DNA from: an uncultured Verrucomicrobiae bacterium
Lineage (GTDB): Bacteria > Verrucomicrobiota > Verrucomicrobiia > Chthoniobacterales > UBA10450
Reading direction: 5' to 3'
Assembly: GCA_963801815.1 (NCBI GenBank)
Contig: CAWDGJ010000003.1
Span: 96,001 to 160,000, forward strand
DNA: 64,000 nucleotides
In this document: piece after piece, positions 57,095-64,000 of the stretch
Layout: each line of letters opens with the position of its first letter
How positions within the stretch are numbered: position 1 is the first letter of the stretch
Notes under the pieces: generated by a model
The model's database searches: none
What the model was told of the DNA's origin: nothing
The model's input: only the letters and a program-made list of their open reading frames with translations
Translations under genes and position numbers: made by a program

Positions 57095-57735
57095 TGGCGG
57101 TGCCGGGCAAACAGCGTGCTTTGGGTCGCCACGTTGCGCGGCTTCGAAAGTGCCGGCTTTGTCCGCGAATGAAATCGACGCCCGTTTCGGGCGGCGCAAT
57201 TTTCAGCGACGTTATGATCATTGGTCAGGCGCCCGGTCCTCGCGAGCCGACGTTGAAGCGGCCATTCGCGCACACGGCCGGTCAAACGTTGTTTGGCTGG
57301 TTCGAGAAATTCTGCGGAATGAATGAATCAGTAGTTCGCTCGAAAATTTATTTTGCGGCGGTCTGCCGATGTTTCCCCGGAAAAGCAGCCGGCGGGACGG
57401 ACCGCGTTCCCGCGCCGGACGAAATTCGAAACTGCGCACCGTGGATGAACGAGGAGATCGAAATTCTAAAACCGCGCTTGATTATTCCGGTCGGGCGATT
57501 GGCGATCTCGCAATTTATCGATTGCACGAAATTGGAGCAGGTGATTGGCCGAAAGTTTCGGGCAGATCGCGCAGGGTATCGTTTCGATTTGCTTCCGCTG
57601 CCGCATCCGTCTGGCGCATCGCCTTGGCACAAGATTGAGCCGGGAAAACAACTTCTAGGGAAAGCGATGCGTAAAATCGCGCGCCACCCAGCCATCAAGC
57701 ATCTTGCACAGAGGCCGCAACCGTCACCACATTAA
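57094..57735 (+). CDS. Uracil-DNA glycosylase superfamily protein
   Basis: CRLC, GQAPG, CFPGK..D..P..C and LPHPSGAS. Confidence 0.87.
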   Translation: MAVPGKQRALGRHVARLRKCRLCPRMKSTPVSGGAIFSDVMIIGQAPGPREPTLKRPFAHTAGQTLFGWFEKFCGMNESVVRSKIYFAAVCRCFPGKAAGGTDRVPAPDEIRNCAPWMNEEIEILKPRLIIPVGRLAISQFIDCTKLEQVIGRKFRADRAGYRFDLLPLPHPSGASPWHKIEPGKQLLGKAMRKIARHPAIKHLAQRPQPSPH

Positions 57736-57785
57736 TTCCTTTGCGTTTCTTTGCGCCCTTGGTGGACGTTATGCGAGAGTTCGTC

Positions 57786-59579
57786 ATGGACGTTTCATCG
57801 CGCGCTGACATTCCCGAATCCGATAAGTGGGACTTGTCGCATCTATTCGACGACGTCGACAAGTGGAAGGAGGATCTTCGCTGGGTCGCGCAGACGTATC
57901 CGCGCATTAGAGAATGGAGGGGAAAGCTCGGCCAATCCGCGAAGGATCTGGCGGATTGTTTGGAATTTGAAAAATCACTCGATCTCAAAATCGAACGACT
58001 TTATCACTTCGCCTCGCTGCAACTCGCGGAGGACAGCGCGAACACGGATTATCTGGCGCGGGTCGGGCAGATCCAAAATCTCCTCACTCAAATTGGCGAA
58101 GCGTTCGCGTTCGTCGTTCCCGAAATCCAGGCGATCGACGATGAAAGGTTCGTAAAATTCATGGCCGAGCCTGCACTCGCAGATTGGCGAATCAAGCTGT
58201 ATAAGGTGCGCCGTTTGAAACCGCACGTACTTTCCGAGCCGGAGGAACGGATCCTCGCGCTTGGCGCGGCCGCGCTTAATGGGTACGACGACACCTTTTC
58301 GCAGCTCACCGACGTCGACATGAAATTTGGCGTAATCCTGGATGAATCGGGGCGAGAAAAACCACTTACTCAAAGTTCATTCAGTTCGTTTTTGGTGAAA
58401 CGCGATCCCGAATTGAGGAAGCGGGCATTTCTTCAATTTTATGGGGAGTTTCAGGACCATCAGTACACCCTGGCCAGCTCGCTCGCTTATTCGGTGAAAG
58501 CCGACGTGTTTCGCGCGCGTTCGAGAAATTATTCGTCATCGCTCGAGGCAGCGTTATTTCCGGATGACATCCCGATCTCGGTTTATGAAAACCTGATCAA
58601 ATCAGTGCGCACCAACTTCGCGCCACTCTTTCGCTACTTCGAATTACGACGTCAGGTTTTGAAACTGAAGGAGCTGCACCACTACGACACCTACGTGCCC
58701 TTGGTTGCCGAGATTGAGTCGCATATTCCGTTCGATGAAGCTGTAAACAAGGTTGTGGCTGCGCTCCAACCGCTCGGAAAAGAATACGTCGATGTTTTGA
58801 GAGACGGATTACGCGGCCGCTGGTGCGACCGCTACGAAACGAAAGGCAAGCGAAGCGGCGCATTTTCGTCCGGAAGCTATGGCGCCCCGCCGTATATCTT
58901 GATGAATTACAAGGAGGACGTGTTTGCGGATCTTTATACCCTTGCGCACGAAGCCGGACACTCGATGCACACCTGGTTCGCGCAAAGATCGCAAGCATTT
59001 CAAGATTACGATTACCCAATCTTTCTGGCTGAGGTCGCGTCAACCTTTAACGAAGAGCTTCTGACTCATTATCTGCTCGGGCAGACGCGCGATCCGAAGA
59101 TGCGCGCCTACATCATCAATCGGCAGATTGACGACATTCGCGGCACGCTCTTTCGGCAAACGATGTTCGCCGAGTTCGAAAAGATCGTTCATGCGATCGA
59201 AGAAAGCGGTGACGCGCTCACCCTGGATGTTTTCAAAACCGAATATCACAAACTGCTGGCGGCGTATTTTGCGAAAAACTTTGTCGTCGACCCTCAACTG
59301 GATTTGGAGTGTCTGCGCATCCCGCATTTCTACGGAGCGTTCTATGTTTACAAATACGCCACTGGAATATCCGCAGCCGTGGCGCTCGCGGAGAAAGTGT
59401 TGCGGGGTGAATCTGGCGCGGTGGAAGCCTATGTCGGCTTCCTCAAATCAGGCGGCTCGAAGTTTCCGCTGGAAACCCTCCGCGCCGCAGGCATCGACAT
59501 GACCACCCCTGCGCCGATCGAAAGTACGCTACGTTTGTTTGAACGCCGGCTCGGGGAGCTGGAAGAGCTACTTCTGTAG
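57786..59579 (+). CDS. pepF: Oligoendopeptidase F (M3B peptidase)
   Basis: WDLS, GKRSGAFS, TLAHEAGHSMH, AEVAS and RIPHFY. Start is approximate. Confidence 0.93.
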   Translation: MDVSSRADIPESDKWDLSHLFDDVDKWKEDLRWVAQTYPRIREWRGKLGQSAKDLADCLEFEKSLDLKIERLYHFASLQLAEDSANTDYLARVGQIQNLLTQIGEAFAFVVPEIQAIDDERFVKFMAEPALADWRIKLYKVRRLKPHVLSEPEERILALGAAALNGYDDTFSQLTDVDMKFGVILDESGREKPLTQSSFSSFLVKRDPELRKRAFLQFYGEFQDHQYTLASSLAYSVKADVFRARSRNYSSSLEAALFPDDIPISVYENLIKSVRTNFAPLFRYFELRRQVLKLKELHHYDTYVPLVAEIESHIPFDEAVNKVVAALQPLGKEYVDVLRDGLRGRWCDRYETKGKRSGAFSSGSYGAPPYILMNYKEDVFADLYTLAHEAGHSMHTWFAQRSQAFQDYDYPIFLAEVASTFNEELLTHYLLGQTRDPKMRAYIINRQIDDIRGTLFRQTMFAEFEKIVHAIEESGDALTLDVFKTEYHKLLAAYFAKNFVVDPQLDLECLRIPHFYGAFYVYKYATGISAAVALAEKVLRGESGAVEAYVGFLKSGGSKFPLETLRAAGIDMTTPAPIESTLRLFERRLGELEELLL

Positions 59580-59599
59580 AGCAAGCTGCTACCCCCGAT

Positions 59600-59625
59600 G
59601 GGCGATTGAGGTCAATCGCCCTACC
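59600..59625 (-). repeat. GTAG-type REP-like hairpin
   Basis: Minus strand reads GGTA-GGGCGATTGA-CC-TCAATCGCCC, a perfect 10-bp stem with GTAG at its 5' foot. Confidence 0.65.
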
Positions 59626-59657
59626 GACGTTGGCAAGCTCCCTGCTTAAAGACATGG

Positions 59658-60125
59658 GTGGACTACGAATGGCGTTTGCGTGCGGCAGCCGGTTATGCCG
59701 AACTCGGCATGAACCGCGAGTCCATTGCCGAATTAAACGCCATCGAAGAATTCGAGCAAGATCGCCCCGAGGTACTGCAGCTACGCCTGCATCATTTGAT
59801 GCGCGAGAAAAAATGGGCGCGGGCTTTGACAGTCAGCCGAAAACTTTGTCGCATTGCTCCGCAATGCACGGCTGGATTTCTGCATGCCGGCTTTTGTTTG
59901 CATGAGCTCGGCAAAACTCTCCAGGCAAAAAACCTTCTGTTGAAGGGACCGGTCGCTTTGCTCCGTGAGCCGATTTATTATTATAATATGGGCTGTTACG
60001 ACGCCCTGCTTGGCAATCAGAAATCTGCGCAGGTCCATCTTCTCACCAGTTTCAAAATGGATCCGACCTTTCGCGACATCGCAAAAAAGGATCCCGATCT
60101 CGAATCGGTTAAGGAATTGATCTGA
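59658..60125 (+). CDS. TPR-like protein
   Basis: AAGYAELGM, AGFCLHELG, YYNMGCYDALLG and terminal DPDL. Confidence 0.8.
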   Translation: MDYEWRLRAAAGYAELGMNRESIAELNAIEEFEQDRPEVLQLRLHHLMREKKWARALTVSRKLCRIAPQCTAGFLHAGFCLHELGKTLQAKNLLLKGPVALLREPIYYYNMGCYDALLGNQKSAQVHLLTSFKMDPTFRDIAKKDPDLESVKELI

Positions 60126-60129
60126 CTTC

Positions 60130-60191
60130 TGTGGAGGCGGCCGTCCCCGGCTGCTCTTAAAAAGATTGCAGGCGAGACGACTGCCGCCACA
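60130..60191. repeat. REP/REPIN-like inverted doublet (TGTGG...CCACA)
   Basis: TGTGGAGGCGGCCGTCCCCGGCTGC, a short AT-rich spacer, then GCAGGCGAGACGACTGCCGCCACA. Confidence 0.65.
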
Positions 60192-60203
60192 GCATTGCTG
60201 TCG

Positions 60204-61364
60204 ATGCAATTGGATGCGGATCTTCTCCGAGCGCGACTCGAATCACTTTTTCGAGAAAATTTTGATAAATTTGGCGAGATTGGGGCGGCGGTTTCAGTTT
60301 GGAAGGACGGTAGAGCGGTTGCCGATCTTTATGGAGGATTGAGAGATATGCGCGGCAAACCACCTTGGACTCAAGACACGCTGGTCTTGATTTGGTCGGC
60401 AACCAAAGGACTCGGGGCCGCTTGTTTGCTGCACGTCTTGCAGGAACATAAGATCGGCATCGAACGTCGAGTTTCCGAGTTCTGGCAGGAGTTTGGTCAA
60501 GCGGGGAAGGAGAGGATCACGTTTGCGCAATTGCTTTCGCATCAGGCCGGACTCGCGGCCTTGGATCGACGCGTCAATATTCTCGATTATGCAGCTGTCA
60601 TTGGGGCGCTTGAACGACAGGAGCCGAACTGGCCGCCTGGAACTGCACACGGTTATCACGCGCGCACATTTGGGTTCTTGCTCGAGGAGCTTGTTAGGCG
60701 AATCGCCAGTGCGACTGTCGGCGAGTATTGGCGAAAAACTTTCGCCGAGCCTCTCGATCTTGATCTCTGGATAGGGTTGCCCGAAAATGAAAATGACCGG
60801 GTCGCAACGATGTATGCCGCCAAGGTTGGAAAAGCGCCCAAGCCGCGAAACCGCCAGTCCGGCGTGGACTTCTACCAGGATTTGGCAAGACCAGACAGCT
60901 TCGCAAGAAAGGTCTTCAATTCGCCAAGCGGACTCAACGCAGTCAGCGACATGAACAAGCCAGAGAATCGCGCCCGCGCCTTCGTTTCGTTCGGCGGAAT
61001 CGGGAGCGCGAATTCGCTCGCGAAATTTTATGCGATGCTGGCGAACGGAGGCCAAGTTGGGGACCAACAATTCTTTTCAGCAACGACGCTGAATTGGATG
61101 AAGACAACTCTCAGTGACGGTATCGATCGCGTATTTCAAATTCCGACAGCTTTTTCCGTCGGATTTATGAAAGACTCACAGGCATCGCCGCGGAAAATAT
61201 TTGGACCAGCGACTTCTTCATTCGGTCATCCGGGCGCCGGAGGCAGTCATGCGTTCGCCGATCCGGAAAATAAGATCAGTTTCGCTTACGTGATGAATCA
61301 GATGGAGCAATCAGTGTTACCTAACGAGAAATCATTGCGGGTCGTGGATGCGATTTACCCGTAG
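60204..61364 (+). CDS. Serine hydrolase of the beta-lactamase / family VIII esterase type
   Basis: WSATK (SxxK), LLSHQAGL, GYHA and FGHPGAGGS. Confidence 0.9.
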   Translation: MQLDADLLRARLESLFRENFDKFGEIGAAVSVWKDGRAVADLYGGLRDMRGKPPWTQDTLVLIWSATKGLGAACLLHVLQEHKIGIERRVSEFWQEFGQAGKERITFAQLLSHQAGLAALDRRVNILDYAAVIGALERQEPNWPPGTAHGYHARTFGFLLEELVRRIASATVGEYWRKTFAEPLDLDLWIGLPENENDRVATMYAAKVGKAPKPRNRQSGVDFYQDLARPDSFARKVFNSPSGLNAVSDMNKPENRARAFVSFGGIGSANSLAKFYAMLANGGQVGDQQFFSATTLNWMKTTLSDGIDRVFQIPTAFSVGFMKDSQASPRKIFGPATSSFGHPGAGGSHAFADPENKISFAYVMNQMEQSVLPNEKSLRVVDAIYP

Positions 61365-61491
61365 CCGACGTGCAAGCAGGGACATTTCAATTAATCAGCG
61401 TAACATTTAAGTGTAGCCACTCCGCTCTGACAGTTCGCAACGATCGAAACTTCTTTTCTTCCGAGGTGTTTTACATGAAAAGGAGCCTTCC

Positions 61492-61908
61492 ATGAAAATG
61501 TTTCTGCGATTTGCAGTCGTTTTGTCTTGCACATTCTTCGGTGTCACGCCGTGTCTGCTCGCTCAGTCGGTCAGCATTTCGGCTTCGCCGACACAGATTA
61601 CCAACGAGGGGCAGGAATCGACGATTACCCTTACAATTTCACCTCCGGCTGCGCGGCCTCTGGCGGTGAATTTGGTTGCGACCGGAACTGGCGCTCTGGG
61701 GAGCGAATATGTTGTGATTGGGAATTTCAATAAGCAAAACCAGGCGGTGGTACCGGCAGGCAGTTCAACTGTCACACTTACGTTGCATTCGCTCTTTGGA
61801 GGCACTAGCAATCTTAAGGAGTCTGCAGTGCTCAACGTGATTGGAGGGCGATTCTATAGCGTTGGTCGTCCGTCACATGCACAGGTGACGATCCAGAATG
61901 TGCCTTAG
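61492..61908 (+). CDS. Secreted beta-sandwich protein (Calx-beta-like)
   Basis: AGGAG RBS, signal peptide, GTG..G.EY..VPAGSS...LT pattern. Confidence 0.65.
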   Translation: MKMFLRFAVVLSCTFFGVTPCLLAQSVSISASPTQITNEGQESTITLTISPPAARPLAVNLVATGTGALGSEYVVIGNFNKQNQAVVPAGSSTVTLTLHSLFGGTSNLKESAVLNVIGGRFYSVGRPSHAQVTIQNVP

Positions 61909-61954
61909 TTCGATTCACCTTCCGGATCTGCGAAATTTTGGCCAGTAAGATTGC

Positions 61955-62371
61955 CTATTCGCCGATCAGCGTCAGTGAAATCTTGCGACGGTGGGGATCG
62001 CGTCGATGCTCGAATAGAAAGATCCCCTGCCAGGTTCCGAGCTGCATTTTGCCGTCGACGATTGGGATGGTTTCGCTGGTCCGTGTGAGCACCATTCGAA
62101 TGTGGGACGGCATGTCGTCCGGCCCTTCATCATCGTGTTCGTAATTCAGATTCTCAGGAACCAGCTTCTCGAAAAATCTTTCCACATCGCGACGCGCCGC
62201 CGGCGCGGCGTTCTCCATCATGGTCAGGCTGCAACTCGTGTGCTGAACGAACACGGTCACAATGCCGTTATCAATCTTTGAGTTCTCGACCTTACTCTGA
62301 ATATCGTCAGTGATTTCATATGTGCCCTTGCCGTTGGTGCGCACTTCTAGTTGGTCATGATGGACGCGCAT
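61955..62371 (-). CDS. yjbQ: YjbQ/UPF0047 family protein
   Basis: HTSCSL..ENA, H..EG.DDMPSH and LGTWQGI...EHR. Confidence 0.92.
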   Translation of the reverse strand: MRVHHDQLEVRTNGKGTYEITDDIQSKVENSKIDNGIVTVFVQHTSCSLTMMENAAPAARRDVERFFEKLVPENLNYEHDDEGPDDMPSHIRMVLTRTSETIPIVDGKMQLGTWQGIFLFEHRRDPHRRKISLTLIGE

Positions 62372-62377
62372 AGGACG

Positions 62378-62436
62378 CTGTAGGGGACGCTGTCAGCGTC
62401 CCAATCACTAATAGGAAGCAAACTGCTTCCCCTACA
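62378..62436. repeat. GTAG-type REP-like inverted doublet
   Basis: TGTAGGGGACGCTGTCAGCGTCCC ... GGAAGCAAACTGCTTCCCCTACA: two hairpins bounded by TGTAGGGG/CCCCTACA. Confidence 0.7.
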
Positions 62437-62638
62437 AAATCAATTCAGATATCAATGTGTACGAACTTTTACGAGTCGCGCGTTGATCTTTCGTGCGAGC
62501 AACGGCCTGGCCAAAGACGATGCAAAGCGATCTCGAGCGCGTGCTTTTCAGCAATCTTCCGTGCATCGGCGGCTGCGAAAAGATTTGATCACATCGAAGT
62601 AGCCGGACGTTGCCACGGATTGCGCGGATGACACAGAA

Positions 62639-62884
62639 TTATCCTCCCTGCACAGGAGGCATAATAGCGAGCTCCTCGCCACCGCCGATTACGTGGTCTC
62701 GTTCAACAAAGTCAACGCCGACACCGACGAGGATGCTCTTATGATACGCGCGCAACGCTGGCTTGAATTCACAGATCTTGTCAATCAGCTGAGCCACGGT
62801 CGCGCCTTTGGGGACATCGACATCTAAACTGGAAACGCCGACAATGTCGCGCAGCTGAGCATAGAATTGCACGGGAATCTTCAT
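62639..62884 (-). CDS. moaD: MoaD/ThiS-family sulfur carrier
   Basis: FYAQLRD..G and C-terminal MPPVQGG. Confidence 0.88.
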   Translation of the reverse strand: MKIPVQFYAQLRDIVGVSSLDVDVPKGATVAQLIDKICEFKPALRAYHKSILVGVGVDFVERDHVIGGGEELAIMPPVQGG

Positions 62885-62922
62885 CCTGCTGTCCGTACTA
62901 TCCGTATAATCCGCGGTTGTTC

Positions 62923-63408
62923 CTAGTCTCTCAAGTTCTTGAAGTTCGTCGCCACACCGAAATCATGTCCGCGCACGAACTGAATGACAGTCTGAAGCTC
63001 GTCTTTCTTCTTTCCCGTCACCCGGATTTGTCGATCTTGCAATTGGCTCTGAACTTTAAAGCTCTGCGACTTGATTGCGTGGATGATTTCCTTGGCCTTC
63101 TCGCCTTCAAGCCCCTGTTGGATTTTCAATTCCTGGCGCGCGTGACCGACTGAAGACAGGGCGGGCTCCTCCTGTTTCACATTGCGAAGATCGACACCGC
63201 GCTTGGAAAGTTTGCCAATCACGATCTCGCGCAGCGCGCGCAAATGGTTCGCGTCATCGGCGATGAGCACAATCTGGTCTTTTTCATGAACAATCTCAGT
63301 TTTGGCATCTCTTAGATCAAAACGCGTGGCGAGTTCTTTGCGCGCCTGGTTAAGCGCATTATCGATTTCTTGTTTGTCGACCTCAGAGACGATATCGAAC
63401 GACGGCAT
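62923..63408 (-). CDS. yajQ: YajQ-family nucleotide/c-di-GMP-binding protein
   Basis: MPSFDIVSEVD.QE..NA, RFD, RVTGKKKDELQ and terminal N.RD. Confidence 0.92.
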   Translation of the reverse strand: MPSFDIVSEVDKQEIDNALNQARKELATRFDLRDAKTEIVHEKDQIVLIADDANHLRALREIVIGKLSKRGVDLRNVKQEEPALSSVGHARQELKIQQGLEGEKAKEIIHAIKSQSFKVQSQLQDRQIRVTGKKKDELQTVIQFVRGHDFGVATNFKNLRD

Positions 63409-63424
63409 GGCAGGAATTTGAGAC

Positions 63425-64000
63425 TTAAGGATTGTGTTCGGCGATTCTAATGTTGCCGTCCCGAGTTTCGAACTCAATTTTCGGCTTCTCTGCGCCGTCG
63501 ACCATCACATCGACATGCTTGGTCGATTCTGCGCGGCGTTGCTGCTTCTCTTCGAAATCATTGGCGATCTTCCCGGTCACGGTATTGGCGATGAGATGAA
63601 ATACAGCGTCCTCTGGCAGGTAGGCGACAGCGTTGCCGTCGTCGACCACAGCGTGAATCGAGAAGTCCTGTTTTTCCCACCATTCGTAGACAAGCCCGGC
63701 ATTTCCGGTTTGGACTCGAAAGTCGAGATTGCCAAAACAATTGTGGACGAAAAACCGGCCGTTGCCCAATTGAGCGTGCGCCTCCTTGCTTCTCAACTCT
63801 TCGATAAGCACTTCGCCATTGCGCAGCTCCAACTTCGAAATCGTTGCCGCCTGCGGGACCACGATGACGAGATCCGCGGTGCCGGAGCGGTCTGAAAAGC
63901 CGGCGTCGGAAGCTGGTGGATAGACAACCTCGATGAAGATTGAATTTTGTCGCGTCGTCACCCGCGTGGAAATCGCCTTCAAACGTTCTGGAGTGTAGGC
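63425..64000 (-). CDS. DUF4097-like beta-strand-repeat exported protein (5' truncated by window edge)
   Basis: DL.I.VP, repeated NG/TG turns and terminal ETRDGNIRI. Confidence 0.6.
   Translation of the reverse strand, partial: AYTPERLKAISTRVTTRQNSIFIEVVYPPASDAGFSDRSGTADLVIVVPQAATISKLELRNGEVLIEELRSKEAHAQLGNGRFFVHNCFGNLDFRVQTGNAGLVYEWWEKQDFSIHAVVDDGNAVAYLPEDAVFHLIANTVTGKIANDFEEKQQRRAESTKHVDVMVDGAEKPKIEFETRDGNIRIAEHNP

Noticed and set aside
60204..61364. Beta-lactamase resistance gene
   Set aside because: Motifs fit family VIII esterase-like serine hydrolases, and there is no signal peptide.

Overview
This is GC-rich chromosomal core DNA. The Verru_Chthon-type pilin cassette, the cox gene order and the short-period intergenic repeats suggest Verrucomicrobiota, probably Chthoniobacterales (inference). 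There are three main blocks. (1) An alternative complex III operon (actABCDEF plus an actG-like gene, 7.7-16.2 kb) continues into a CcoN-like gene, a CcoO-like gene and a monoheme cytochrome c. The CcoN-like protein keeps only the two low-spin heme b histidines and has lost all three CuB histidines, the heme b3 histidine and the cross-linking Tyr, so it cannot be a conventional cbb3 O2 reductase. (2) An A1-type aa3 oxidase operon with ctaA/ctaB/SCO (26.5-33.6 kb) has a subunit I with an intact D-channel but no K-channel lysine. (3) A type IV pilus/T2SS-like locus (42.5-54.4 kb) contains a four-gene minor-pilin cassette, an apparent operon of a TPR-like/GspE-N-domain protein, PilB, a 724-aa repeat/Pro-rich/roadblock protein, MglA and MglB, and a convergent pilC. 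This looks like a Myxococcus-type polarity GTPase switch placed in a pilus motor operon. The remainder is housekeeping (htrA, kamA, dinB, rfbA, a lone nuoA, xerD, rpiB, cbpA, pepF, yjbQ, moaD, yajQ). Seven single-base frameshifts all fall in respiratory membrane genes and are most likely assembly errors. Several intergenic inverted repeats are built from 7-, 8- or 9-bp units, and there are GTAG/GTGG REP-like hairpins. I found no rRNA, tRNA, CRISPR array or transposase. All family calls come from motif recognition by eye; no database search was run.
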